Assembly (NCBI GenBank): GCA_900088475.1
Contig: FLMG01000211.1
Location: 17,077-81,076 of the forward strand
Reading direction: 5' to 3'
From: Hyphochytrium catenoides
Lineage: Eukaryota > Protista > Hyphochytriomycota
DNA: 64,000 nt
The stretch's first letter is position 1; each line of letters starts with the position of its first letter. The notes beneath the pieces are model-generated. The model did not search any database. It was not told the DNA's origin and was given only the letters and a program-made list of their open reading frames with translations. The position numbers were made by a program, and so were the translations under genes. Shown here one piece after another: positions 49,184 through 62,500 of the stretch.

Positions 49184-52100
49184 TTACTCCCCAGAGCCCC
49201 ACGCAATGGGCTGTTGCTTTGCCACTTCTCCTCCTCCTGCCTCAACGTCTGAGACTGCCTTAGGAGCAACAGCTGCCTTGTTCTCGTTAGGCGCCTTTTT
49301 GCCATCCTTGCCCTTGTCCTGAACACTATGTTGACTGATGTATCCCGCCAGCTCCGGGCTCATGTACACATCCCCTCCATCGTTGACAGTTGCATCCTCA
49401 CAGAAGCAGACCAGAATCGTGTCGATGGTTGTCTCGTACACACCAAGCGAGACAGAGCTAATGGTATAGGCAATGATAAATGTAAAGACCACCGGAAGAA
49501 AGACGTTAGATAGCTGTTTCTCCCCTCCAAGGTCGTAGTCAGGGTCTTGAGAGAGGATTTGGTAGGTCACGACTGAGGCTCCAACTGAGACGGAGATCTT
49601 GCAGAGGAGGAGAACAAACATGGAGATAAAGCTGACAACTCCTATCCTAGCCATGTTCTTTAATATCAAGGACATCGCGGCCACCGTGGAAGAGCAGAAG
49701 CTTTCTCCTTTCATCGCAATGTAGATGTAGGCATTCTTTGAGATAAACTTCAGGATCTTCTCGAAGAGCCACATGCAGCATTGTACCACCTAAGTCAGGC
49801 ATTAGAGTATGGTGGTCAGGTGATGGTACTTAGGAGAGAAAAAGGGAGAAAAGCTCCAAAGAGTGAATGGCATAGAGATCATGCATAGTAGCTCAGTCTG
49901 TTACACGAGCTTGTAGAAGCGAGGCAACACCAGACCGGAGCAGAAGAAAGGGAAGAGAAGAAGGGTCATAGAGAGACGAGTGAGAGAGGCACACACACAA
50001 TAGAGAGGTCATTAAGAGAGAGGACCATCCAGTGAGAAAACGAAATATCAAAGCAGGTGTAAGGTGAAACGCAGAGTTGCTCAGAGATAGTGTGTGCGTG
50101 AGAAGGAACCGCAGCACGAGGAGTAGGGTCACCTTCATCAAAATCTTGATCAAGAAGTTACTTTGCTGTAGCTCCTTCGTGTTATGGTCAATGTAGGCCA
50201 ACACGGCCCTGATGAACTGTACGACTGCAATGATGAACGCCCCAAAGCAAAGCGAACCCAGGTGAAAGCGAAGAGAGCGGTAGAGCCCTGTCAGTACAGG
50301 AGTACGCCCGACGTCCCTGTTTCCCTTCTCGTCCTCCCTACTCCAATAGTAGGAGCCAACGGCGCCGGCCATCGTACATATAGAGATAGCTTCAATCACC
50401 TGTGAAGAAGAAGCAGCCAATGGAAGAAAAGGTATGGAGGTTGCAAGGGGAACAGGAGTCAGTGCCACCGTAGTCCTTGCCAAGGACCTAATCGAAAGTA
50501 CGATAGACCCCGGAACGGTGTGACGAAGAGGTAATAGGTGGAAAGTCTCTCTAATTCCATCAATCTAGGCGAGACAGCTGTACTCTGCAAGTTCCCCTTC
50601 CTTTCCTTGGATCACATATAGCCAGGACAATCTTTTCTTGTCCTCTTCCAACCGAGGTTGTTCCAAACTCTCTTTGGTCTCCTTCACCTACCTGGTTGGT
50701 CCACAGCAGCCCAAAAAAGTGGTAGAGCAGCAGGTATTTGCTTAATGTTTCTCCAGGCATAGGCTTGACTTTGATCAGATCCTCCAGATCTGAGTTGGAG
50801 ATATTTACGGCAGAGCTCAAATCCTTGGCATAGCTGTTCAAGCCCTCTGAGGTCAGCGAGGCGCTGCCAATGAAGGCAGCGATGTACAGCCAATAAGCAG
50901 CCAAAATGCTTGACGCTACGATTGGAACGATGGGCCAGAGGATCAAAGAGGGGATGACCTGAATAAATAGGGACAGCCAAAGCAGGCGTGATGGAAGAGC
51001 TTGTCAGAGCGACTCATAGTAGCAAAAGAAGCGCCTATCTAAGTTCAAAGGCTATTTAAGCATGACTCGAATGAGGAAGCTTCTAGCGAAGGCATCGTTA
51101 TCTTAGAGCAAGTCATATGAGAGATAGCCGTGATATAAGCCAAGTTAGTAGGAGTTACGTGAGGGAGTGTCAGTCAGGGCCATAAGCAGAGAACTTGTGG
51201 GGCAAGAGAAGTTTCCTTGATCCTTGTGTTCATACCTTTATACACCGAGATGCTTCCTTGATGATTCCCACAGCGATCCAGACCCTCTGGTGCATTGCTA
51301 TCAATACCGCCAAGAGCAAGACTGTGGCGCCTATAGAGACATAGGCCAGACATTCGTAGAACAGTTTGTTCGAGGTTGCCACAGAGAACTGAGAGGGTAT
51401 GACGACATTGACGTCATGCTTGGCAGTTAGGGACGTGAACCATGGGCTTTCAGGGTTCAAAAGGCCTGATTTCAGGCTGGTAATGATACAGAGCAGGATC
51501 ATGCACAGTGTCACGGAACACATGGAGAGGAGAACGAGGAAGCCTGCAACAAAGCGCATGAGGAGTATGAGGATGAGCGAAAGGCTGAAGGCGAGGCCTA
51601 TTCCGCATCCAAGGATAACCTAACAAGTCATCGAATGCGAGGAAATAGTCAGTGACAAACTTGAGATATGTAGTCTAGCATAGTAAGAACGTGTACCCTA
51701 ACTCGAAGTAGAAGGAGAACAGAGTAAGAGAAACAGCAAGAGATAGAGCGACAAAGCCCATTCTGATAGGAAGCACAATAAAGATAGAGAAAGAAGGGTA
51801 GGCTGATTCATAGGAGAATGGGAGATAGAGGTGATGGTGTTTAAGAGCGCAGAGAGCCAACCATGCCGAAGAAGAGTTAAGTTGCTGAAGGAATCATAAC
51901 GACTAGGTTCAAAAGGGTTTGATGTAGGAGGATCATTGGTCTCAGAGTGAGGAGATCAGAGGGAGCAAATGATAGGAAAGATACTCTCTATTGGAACGTA
52001 CAGGCAGCGCAAGGAGTAGATCGTTCGCCCAGCGCCCCAAGATCTGTAGCCCTCCCTCAAGTTGCTGCATCAAAGGGTCTGCCTCCGTCCTTGACTACAC

Positions 52101-53645
52101 GACGCACATGCAACAAACATTTGGCGGCCGTTAGCCGTCACGTATGGACAGTTCTATTAGAAGTGGTCGTTGTATGCGCCTCTTCCTCAGATGTGCCACC
52201 TATCCTTGGCTCCCGCTCCATTCCCTGCACCTTGTTCCACCTCCTCCACCACTTCTACCTAGTCTTCCTTCTACTTTTCCCATATTCCCACTTTCTCTGG
52301 GGATTTGCTTAGTAGATCCTTGCCTTACCGTCACGTAAGACACCACTCTCTGTGTCTTCACCCTGCAGACGTTGGTGCACTTGCCATCCGATTGGCGCCT
52401 TGGGGTGCAATTGGGGTCCCCTCCCTCAGGGTCAATGCACGTCTCCGGCTCCTTTATCTCCTAAGGATTAGAAAGAGGAAAAGGTAAGGTTTGACGGTGG
52501 AGAGTAACCTAACAATGCAAGGAGAAAGGAAATCTTCTAGCTTTAGAGGCTCTGTCCGAAAGCGAGACTAACAGTGACGACGCGACAAGCGCTAGGACAA
52601 ATCGTTCTTCGACACTGAACATCTGATGGACTATCTACCTGTTCAGCCTTTCCTGGCAAACATCGATGGAAAATCGCGGTGGTGTTGAAATAGGTATTCC
52701 AGCAGTGACTTTTATCGTACGTGCAGACCTCCTGACCCACTGTGGGACAGGAAGAGACGCAGACGCCAAAGAAAGACGCGTCTAAAGGGTCAATATTGCT
52801 TTTGTACGCGCTGACTAAGTCATCAGCGATGCGGGGGTAGACCACCAGAGGACGTTCAGCGTTGGCTCCCACGCCGCAGAGATTCCCTTCATAGTCGGGG
52901 GCATACTTGAGTCTGGGGAAAGCAGAAGAACAAGAGAAGGAAAGAGAGAAGAGCAAGGAAAAAACGATAGAGAGAATTGAGACAGACCGAGAGAGCACAG
53001 AGAGAGTTACGAGAAAGAGAGAGAGAGAGAGAAGGAGAGAGAGAGAGAGAGAAGGAGAGAGAGAGAGGATCGGGGGCAGAAGGGAAGAGATATAAGTAGC
53101 AGTGAGATTGAGAGCGACGTTAGGTAAGCCGGTTACCGTAAGGCGAGAGAAACAGGAAGAAGTCAGGAAGATCAACAGTAGCAAATAAAGCAACGTCATA
53201 TGTACAAGAGAAATTATCAAGGCAGGAAGGCAGGAAAGAGATTGACGAATAGCGATCTGGAGGGATCTATGGCAGGGAGTCCTCGTGGGCAGTCTAGGTA
53301 AGGTTAGAAAGGAGGAGCAGGCGCAAAGAGAGACAAATGCCGTCTCTTACTTATCAGGAGAGCCAAACTTCAGTCCGATGATGGCCACAATCCCCATTCC
53401 TATCCAGAAAACCAAGAAAATGATACAGCAGAGGACATCCCGGCACCTAAAGGAGACAATGGATTGCGAGAACAGCGCCGGATGACAGAACGAGGCATCG
53501 TTGAACAGGGATGACCGTGGAGGTTAGGTGCGACATCCCGGATCGAGGAGAAGAGCTGAGTCACCTACTTTCTGTCCTCCGTCTTCACCATGAGGCACTT
53601 TGGACCATTCTCCTCCGCTTGCGTTTTGGCTTTGAAGCAGCCCAT
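49184..53645 (-). CDS. Choline transporter-like protein (CTL/SLC44/Pns1 family), multi-exon
   Basis: MGCFKAK..., CRDVLCCIIFLVFW, YAPDYEGNLCG, FGVCVSSCP, YHFFGLLWTNQ, AGAVGSYYW, RFHLGSLCFGAFIIAVVQFIR, CCMWLFEKILKFISKNAYIYIAMKGESFC and YETTIDTILVCFCED. Confidence 0.93.
52921..53090 (-). repeat. Intronic (GA)n/(CT)n microsatellite in the CTL gene
   Basis: gagagagaga runs on the + strand, which is CT on the sense strand. Confidence 0.9.
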
Positions 53646-54109
53646 CCTCTGTTACCTTGAGGGGATAGCACTTCCTCTAGCTGACGTCTCTTTCACAGGC
53701 TATTGCGCGCGGCCATTGAGCTCAACCAGACCTGGAGGAGTAGTGCTGTGAACTGGATATTTGTGGAGTGGTCTGGTTGGCGATAACTCGCTGTGATGAT
53801 GATCAATGCTGCTGCGTTCGTCACCAGGAGAAGGATGCCCGCAGAGAGGAGGAAGCGAGCGAGTAGGGAGTGCTACTCACCTATCCTGTGTGCTGAATGT
53901 GGCTTTCTTTTCGTTCTACTCCCTCCTTTAGCCTTCCCTTCAGCTAAGGCATAGCTGTTGTGCTGTCGTCGATCGCTCCGTCTTCCCGCTCAGCTCTTCT
54001 AACCGACAGGCACTGTAGCCATCAAGGCGGCCGCACCGTTCGGCTGTTGAATCTACTGGATATTAGGCTGCCGACTCTATTTTCTCGCTCGACCGCGACC
54101 ATCATCCGT

Positions 54110-54262
54110 TCTCTCCCTCTGCCCCTCTTACCCCCTCTCTCTCTTACCTACTTTCTCCCTGTCTCTCTCTGTCTCTGTCTCTCTCTCTCTCTCTCCTTCT
54201 TTCTCTCTCTCTCCTTCTTTCTCTCTCTCTGTCTCTCTCTCTTCTCTCTTTCTCCCTTCTCT
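54110..54262 (+). repeat. (CT)n polypyrimidine tract between the divergent CTL and CFAP36 genes
   Basis: Directly visible ctctctctct runs. Confidence 0.9.
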
Positions 54263-55154
54263 TTGATATCAACACTCTTAGCAGTGCGAAAGATGATGGC
54301 TCTGTCTGCCCAGTGGAGCTTGACCTCCTTTCGTTTGACTCTTGAAACGGACGGATCCCTGGTGTGATATCCCGAATAGGCTCATAGCATTTAGAATTTC
54401 AAAGCAGGTATCTAGAATCTCTAACCTAACTTCAACCCTCTGGGTAAGGAAAACGGACAGGAATATTTCTGCCTTGTAGGAAACATCTTCTAAGGGTCTA
54501 TACATATGTATTGGTCCGAAAGATTCCTGAATGATTCAAGAAAGTTATCCTAGAAGAAACAAAACCAAAGGATCCATCAAAACCCTTGAAAAGTTGGTAA
54601 CAGCCTGGAAGTGAGATGAACACTGGCGGAGAGACAGAGATGTGTCAGAGAGGAAGTAATATGGGAGTCAGAGACCCCCATAAAGGCCGAATTAAAGCAG
54701 TAAGAGACGGGAAACGGCCACCATAATAGCTGACAGAGATGAATAAGTGAGAGAGAAAGAGTTAAGGTAGAGATACAGCGTTCACTCTCCTCAAGATTGG
54801 CGCCAGCAGACAGAGCGAGGGATAACTTTGAGATTCTCCATAAAAGCGAAGGCCACGAGATCATGGGCATCACACCGATCCCGCGGTGCGGAGAAGGCCA
54901 GGCCGTATGTCGGGAAGATCAGGAAGGAATCTTAGGAGGCGCGGGACGATAGACAATCTGACAGCAGAGCGCTCATGAAAAGGCAAACAAGCTGGAAGAG
55001 CAAAGTGCCCAGCAACAGCAAAAGAGGTATCTTGGAGGGGAAGAGAACCAGCACGAGAGACACGAGTGGACAGATCTTCTGCGTCTGTCAGAAGTCTCTC
55101 TGGAAAGAGAGTTCGACTGAAGTCAGTTGCTGGCGACTCTCACCAATCTTCACC

Positions 55155-58100
55155 ATGGCGGATGTGTCAGAAGAAAGTTCCGACTGGTTGTTCGACGTAA
55201 GGCTCTCAATGTGTTCGTCCATGTCTTTGCCATTTCCGCTTTGTTGATGTCCCAGTCCCCTATGATCTTCGTTCTTTCGCCATTAAGCCTTGCTCTTTAT
55301 CTTTCTTGGCCAGCTGCCTGGACAATCTATCCCTTNNNNNNNNNNNNNNNNNNNNNNNNNNNNNNNNNNNNNNNNNNNNNNNNNNNNNNNNNNNNNNNNN
55401 NNNNNNNNNNNNNNNNNNNNNNNNNNNNNNNNNNNNNNNNTGTCTTATCATTCTTCTCCTCGCCGGCGTGGGAGGTGCCGGTAATGACCTTCATCGACGA
55501 GAACTGCATGGTGTTTGACACAGAGGAGGAAAATAAGTTCATTTACTCAGACTTGCACGAACAGTTCAGGGAGCTAGGTTTGTGCACAGCGCTCGCTAGT
55601 AAACTCTTCTCATAGCAACTTTTCTCTCTCTTCCGTCCCTCTCTCGTACACCAAAGAAATACCGCTCCCTGCTCCTCTGGTTAAACAATCTCTCAGGCCC
55701 CTACCTGGGAGCTAGGTCCTCTATCCGCTGGCTCTCCTCGTTTCATCTGTGCAGGTCTCCTCCACCCCTGCAACCAACGACCACAGTGCCCTTATCAATT
55801 TTACCTCCAATGGGTCCTTAGTTCTCAGTTTTCAACCTTATGGTTCTTTGATTTGACTCCTTTCCCTCTTCGTTCGCTCCTCCTATTGGTACGCCGCTCT
55901 TATCGTCTGTCATCAGTGGACGGCCTTCTGAACCAGCATTTGGCCGAAATCGGATTTTCTGTCGAAGACTTCGCGGCGATATGTCACCAAGCTTCTTCGG
56001 CATCTCGAGAGAAAGAGGATGAAGGAGCGGTGAAGGAGGAAGTGCTAGAACAGCTCCTTTGTATGGATGACTTCGTCAGTTTTAAGAAACTGATGGTGAG
56101 AAGAAACGTGGAGTTGGACCTGGAGACAGCGAGAGCGCTGAAAAGGAAAGAAGATAATAAGGAAGAAGAAGAGAAAGAGGAGGAGGATCCATCCAAGCAA
56201 TTTGTTGCTGTTTTGAGAGAAAGAGCGGATAGGCTTGATTCTTGTGAGGCCCAGGCTGGGGAAATTCCCGATGATGTTGATCCAGAGGAGCTTGCGAAAG
56301 AGGATCAGGAGCTCCGTACAGCTATGGAGGCAAGCCTGAGGGAGATGGAACTATTGCAGCTTCAGGTACCAAAAAGGAACCTCCGTTTTTTCCCATTCAC
56401 CGTCTCGTCACTTGAGCCCCGAGGCTGATGACCCCTTAAGATGCGACTTTTCTTCGCTCCTACCCCTCCTACTTCTTCTCCCTTTCTCGATGTCTCTGGC
56501 TGCACTATCTTGTCTCCTTTCTGCCCGACTTTCTGCTACTTCAACTACGTCCCGCTTTGACTCTCGCGCTCTTCCTCGCTTTGTGTGCTCTCTCAATCAT
56601 TCAGGACAGCCAAAGTCCTCCTGCCAGACCGCTTATGCCCTGTTGCCGGTTAACTCAGCCTGGGGCCCTGGCTCTTTTCTCTTATGCTGTTGACGCAAAC
56701 ACTCCGCACTCCTCTCAATGCAGGAGGAGATGTATCATCGGGAACTCGAGCAGGCGATTGCTCTTTCCCTCACATTAGAAGAAGAAAAGCTGAGAAAAGT
56801 GAAACTGGAAGCAAAGCATGCTGGCGATGAACCGGCCGAAGAAGTCAGAGCACCAAACAGGAGTGAAGAGAAGGAAGGAGCAAGAGATAATCTCAGCAAG
56901 AAAGGAGAAGAGCGGGAAGGGTCACGATCTTCTACTTCGAGGCTGAGCCCTCTGAAGACTTCCCTCAGGGGCGGTAAAAGACTTGACCCGTCCGCTCTTA
57001 TTGGTGAGATTGAGGAAAAGAAAAAGGTAGCAGACGAGGCGCTGAAGAGAAACCAACAAGCGCTAACTCAGCAAAAGACAATGCAGGAGCAGCTCAAGTC
57101 AGAGGTAGGGACGAGAGAGTGATTGATTAGACGGGGACCGAGGAGGGCTGGACGCGACGGTGCTAGACAAAAGGTTATTGAGATAGATATAGAGGGTTAA
57201 GAAGAAGAGGGGACAACATTAACACTAGATAGAGGAAGCAGAGAGGGAAGAATCTTGACAACCTGACAGAAAGGAGAACAGGCGTATCTGGAAAGGAGAG
57301 GTGTACTGTCCCCCTTTCTACGTTGAGAACTTTCAGGTAACACAATTCACTTTTTTCCCCAGCTCTCGGAGAGTGAGATTGCGGCTCGTGCGAAATACCT
57401 CAAGCAGCAACGGGATGCATTGGTGAAGAAGAAGAAGGAAGAGAGAGAAAAGAAGCTTCAGCAGTACCAGGAAGAGACAAAGGCTAAGGACGAAGAGGTG
57501 GTGAGTGCGCTTGTACCTGTCCACTATCTTAGCCTTTGTCTCTTAGACTTCTAGCTTTGCAGCCTGGTGTTTTTTGTCTCCCTCTCGCTTTTCTGATTCT
57601 CGGTCTGTACCTTCCATCGTCATCTGTCTCTCTACTCTTACTTCCTTCGCTCTCTCTCTCGTTTCTCTCACTCTCTCCGATCTCTCACCCTCTCTCTTTT
57701 CCCTTCCCCTTTATTTACATCATCTTTCTGGCTTTGTTCTCTAACGGGCGGTATCGCAGCCCTCGGAGATTAAGAAGCTTGCCGCTGAGAGCTCTTTAGC
57801 TGCGGAGGACAAAAGTTCTGAAGCAGAAGAGAAAAGACTAGCACTGCGAATCGCCTTGGCTAGAAGACTGAAAACCGTTAGTCAACTATCTCCCTTTAAA
57901 TCACCCTTTTCCCATAGAGCACAGAGATTGGCTAACCCAAACTCCAACGTTTTTGGCACTTCCCCTTCCCGTTCTGCCCAAAAGCTTTGCGCGTCACCCT
58001 CCTCACTCTTCTCGCTGTCCCCTTTGCCGTCGGTGTTATTGGGCTGCTCTCTACATTGAAACCCGTCCCTTCAAACCTGGCTACGTTCCCTCCTCTACTT

Positions 58101-58856
58101 TGCCCGGAAGCTGATCTGCCTCCCGCTCAATAGTACGCTTGGCTCGCCTCCTCACAAAGTTTTTGTCTTTCCATAACCAGGAGCTGCTAGAGTCGTCACG
58201 GACCAGAACACAGGTTAGCCTTGTGTTTGGTTTGCTCGCCCTCCTCCGCTGTCCGCTTGTCACGTGGTGTCTCCTTCCATTGAGCACAGAATTTGACCTC
58301 CGTTCCCCCTCATTCACTTTATTTGCGGCTCTACCTTTCTCTCTCAGTTTGATGACCTTGACGATAAGATACAACGAGTGGAGAGGCTGCGCGAGGAAAA
58401 TCTGCAGGCTCAGGAGGAGGCCGCCCGTATGATCCAAAAAGTAAGAGCGGGAAAGGGCCCTGGATTTTGGTGTTCCGATCTGTTTATTGCTAGGGTTGTG
58501 CTGGGTGTCCACTATGCTTCGCTTTGTCTTTCTCTACCCTACCCAGCCTTCGTCATTCTGCGTCTCGCGCATGTTCAGCTCTCTCTTTCTCTGTCTCTCC
58601 TTCTCACTCGCCCTTCCTTGTCTCTCTTTCTGTGATCTCTCTCCTCAGTTTCCCCAAGGTTTTGATCCTTCTCAATAAATGTTACTTGTTAATAAGTTCC
58701 TTGGTTTGGATATGTCCTTCTTCCTTGCAAGGAATTGTCAGTATCTAGTCAGTTCTCCCGTGCGTGCTCACATTCTCCTTCCTTTCCTTCCTCCAGCATC
58801 AACAGCTTCGCAACAAGAACATGATGATTGCACTGAAGGCCGGTCTTGCTGACTAG
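55155..58856 (+). CDS. CFAP36: Cilia- and flagella-associated protein 36 (CCDC104/BARTL1; BART-like domain plus coiled coil), multi-exon
   Basis: MADVSEESSDWLFD|..FFSSPAWEVPVMTFIDENCMVFDTEEENKFIYSDLHEQFREL|VDGLLNQHL..|EQLLCMDDFVSFKKLMVRRNVELDLE, then ELEQAIALSL and RAKYLKQQRDALVKKKKEER. Last exon HQQLRNKNMMIALKAGLAD*. Confidence 0.88.
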
Positions 58857-59419
58857 GTTCCTTAGTCTTGAGAAGACATCTCTCTCCTCCTCGATTATAA
58901 AGCTTGCTGTTATATAAGTGCTACCTGTATCAACTGTAATCATTGATTCCCCACGATTAGCGAGTGCCCGAGGTAGCGCAGACAAGCTAGACAGCTTAGG
59001 GAAGTTAAAGTTATGGAGGAAAGATGAAAGAAGCTCTTGAAGAATAATTGAAAGCGTAATGATCTCGGTTCAGGCTATAAGCTGAAGAGATAGATTGCTT
59101 GTTGATGGCATGACCACCGAACCTTGCCTCCAGTGCTGAGGTTTGAGCTTTCATCTCCAGTGATAAGGTTTGAGCTGTAAGAGAGTAATGTTAAAGTGGA
59201 AGGCGTCAGATAGACCAAGTTGGACGGTGCCCGAAACAAAGCTGCTTCCTTGTCAAAGATAGTCACATTATTGGGATGTAGCACCTAGTGCCCTAACACC
59301 AGAGCTCGTGTTGGAGCTTACCTTCCCCTCTTCTCACTGATCTTCTCTAGATAGAACTCTCTCTCTCTCTGTGTCTACAAGTGAGTTCTCCATCGGCTCC
59401 TTTGTTCTGTTCTCTCCCT

Positions 59420-62169
59420 CTAGTTCTTGTGGAACTTCTTGTTGCTCTTAGCCATGTCCTTCAGCAGAGGAGCAGGCTCGAATTGGTCTCCATACTTGTC
59501 AGCGAAGCCACGAAGCATATCTGCGTACTTTGCAGTTCCAATGCGGTCAACTAAGCGGAAGGGTCCGCCAAGGAATGGTGGGAAACCCATGCCAAAGACG
59601 GCACCAATGTCTCCGTCGACAGGGTTCTCGATAATCTCGTCCTGTAGACAGTAGATGGCCTCATTGACGAACTTTCCGATCATTCGGTTCTGGATCTCTT
59701 CATTGCTGAGCTTGAGGTCAGTCTTCATGTACTTCTTAAGGATGTTCATTGCCTCCTGGTTGAGCGTCTTGGATCCCTTCTTTCCAGGTCCATAAACATA
59801 GAAACCCTTTCCAGTCTTCCTTCCCTTGAGGCCAGCGTTGACTAGATCAGTCATAATGGCTGAGTCTCCGCCCTTCATTCTGCTTTCCAGCTTGTCGCTA
59901 AGATAGATATTTACGTGTGATGCAACGTCAATTCCAACCTCGTCTGCTAACGTGCATGGGCCAACAGGCAGCCCATAGGACTTCATGACCTTGTCTAGCT
60001 GTTCAACGCCCACTCCTTGGCCTAGCAATGCCATACACTCAACCATCATGGGGCCAAGGCAACGGTTGACATAGAAGCCGGGAACATCCTTAACGACGAT
60101 GCAAGTTTTGCCCTGCTTGATGCCGACCTCTGTCGCCACTGCTGCAGTTTCTTTGGAGGTTCCCTTATGGGTGATGATCTCGAGAAGAGGCATCTTATCC
60201 ACAGGAGAGAAGTAGTGCATACCAATCACGTTCTCAGGGCGTTTGGAAGCGGACGCAATGTCGGCGATTGGAAGTGCAGACGTATTGGTGGCTACCACTG
60301 CGTTCTCTGGGATGACTTCTTCCAGCTGCTGCACAATCTTGTGCTTGAGCTTCAAATCTTCGAAAACAGCTTCAATGACCAGGTCCACATTCTACATTCG
60401 GCAATGGGCAAAGGGACGTTAGATGAGTGATGATCCACGAAGTAGATATAAACGAGGAGCGAAAGATGCAGAGTAGGGCGCTGGAGCACACTAACCGTAA
60501 GTCAGCGGGGGGCAGCGGAGTTATGTCACCAACTGATGTTTGCTCTATGCTATCAACATACCGAGAAGTGCTTCTTCCATGCGTCATTCTCATCAGTAAG
60601 CCCATAGATGTTGGACAGCTTGGTGTCCCTATCAAACTGCGTCATCTGTCTCCTCTTCAGCTTTGTGTCGAAGTTCTTCTTAATGTACTCCTCTCCTTTC
60701 GCCAAATTAGCAGAAGTGACGTCCTTTAGAAGTACTTTGTAGCCCTTGTCGGCAGAAACCTGGGCGATGCCTGCTCCCATGAGGCCAGCACCAATGACAC
60801 CCACAGATTTGACATCCTTCTGAGGCTTGCCAAAGCGGTTCTTTTTCAACGAAGTCTGGCCGAAAAAGATGCTGAAAGGGGGGAGAAAGCGTCAGATATC
60901 CGGAGCCAGGACAGAGCCAGAAAGAGAAGGTGTAAGGGCAAACCTGATTAACGCCTTAGACTCAGGGGTCATGCCTAGCTGGCCAAAGTTCGCGGCCTCA
61001 ACCTTTGAACCCTCTTGGTGTCCCTTCTCCAGACCGGCGCGGACACATTCCAAGATCTTCAAAGGCGCAGGGTAGTGTCCTCCAGTCTTCTTCAGTACCG
61101 TTTTCTCTGCCTGACTGAAGACAATTTTTTGGCCGAGAGAGTTGTCCTCTAGCAGCTTGTTCACTAGAGATTTCTTGGACTTCTTAGCCTTGACAGAGCC
61201 TGCTGCCAGACCCTTAGCCGCCTGGATGGCCGCAGACTCCAGAGCAAACTTGTCAGCCACCTGGTCTACCAAGCCCATTTTTCTGGCCTTGTCTGGGCGA
61301 ATGTTTTTTCCAGTCAGCATCATGTCCAGAGAGGCCTGCAATCCCACAAGGCGGGGAAGGCGCTGAGTGCCACCAGCACCAGGCAGGAGCCCCAGCATCA
61401 CCTCAGGGAGACCCATAGTTGTCTTCTTGTCTGCAGAAGCAATGCGATAGTGGCTGCGAGAGAGGTTGACGGCAGGGAGGATATCAGAGAAGGGACAGAG
61501 CATATATCCTTAGCCATCGAAGCATAGTGGATATCAGCAACAACAAAAAAGAGCTCGAGATGACTTACCATGCTAGAGCGACCTCAAGCCCACCACCGAG
61601 ACAAGCTCCGTTTATAGCTGCTACGAAGGGCTTCTTGCTGCCAGCAATCTTGTCCATGATCTGCTGGCCCTCACGGCTCTTGGCAGCCAGCTCATCAGCT
61701 GTCTTGGCCTCGGAAAGCTGTCCAATGTCGGCTCCTGCAATGAAGTTGTCGGGCTAGCGGAGGAAAAGATGTTTAGATGATGCTAAACTACCAAGACAAG
61801 GGTAAAGCTGGATCATATGCACACCTTGCCAGAGATAAGCACGACAGCCTTGATGTTTGAGTCCGTTTCAACCTTGCCGATGAGCTTTTGAAACTCGTCA
61901 GTCATACTAGCTGTCAGTGTGTTCATCTTCTGGTTGGGGGCATCGAGCTTCACAACTGCCACGCCATCCGTCACGTTGAAGCTAAAGTTTTGGAACTCAC
62001 CGCCTGCCGCCGATGACATAGCGCGAGATCCATGAAAGCTGAGGACTACATCGAGGAGAAGAGAGCAAATACCAATAAGATGGCGACAACATGGAGCAGA
62101 AATGTACATATACTCACGTGAAGCCCTTGCAGGGCCCGCGATAGCCCGTGTCAGCGCCGTGAGCCGCAT
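59420..62169 (-). CDS. HADHA: Mitochondrial trifunctional enzyme subunit alpha (enoyl-CoA hydratase / 3-hydroxyacyl-CoA dehydrogenase), multi-exon
   Basis: Transit peptide [18 protein letters not shown]. Motifs [101 protein letters not shown] and [10 protein letters not shown]. Confidence 0.96.
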
Positions 62170-62500
62170 GATTTTATATAGAGATCTATTGACGTTGCTA
62201 CTCGAAGAGGTCTTGTCGAGCGCCGGATATCGTGGACAGTGGCACAACCTAGTGGATGCCGACGGTGGGTTATGAAGGAAAGTGCCTCAGGCAACTAGTA
62301 GATGAAGTGGCTGGTAGTGCTTGGGACCACTACGTCGTGTAAGGCTTGAAGACTTTCCTGACTGATAATCGGCGACAAGCTAGGTGAGGAGGCGCTGAAG
62401 TTCAAGCTTGCAGGACAAAGAAGTGTGGGCTCTGGGCTGTTTGAGGAGGCAACGAGAGGAAAACCCGACAGCTGCCCAAAAGTGAAACAGGAAGAGCGAT

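Noticed and set aside
53795-53897. TGATGA...CTGA pair suggesting a box C/D snoRNA
   Set aside because: No convincing terminal stem and no rRNA-complementary guide that I can recognise.
55126-55137. X-box-like GTTGCTGGCGAC just upstream of the ciliary gene CFAP36
   Set aside because: Imperfect match, probably within the 5' UTR, and RFX factors are not established outside Amorphea.
45054-62406. Shared TGAAGYTCAAG upstream of both beta-oxidation genes (45054 and 62396)
   Set aside because: A 10/11 match between two ~300-bp regions is expected roughly once by chance, and near-matches occur elsewhere (about 20436 and 41639).
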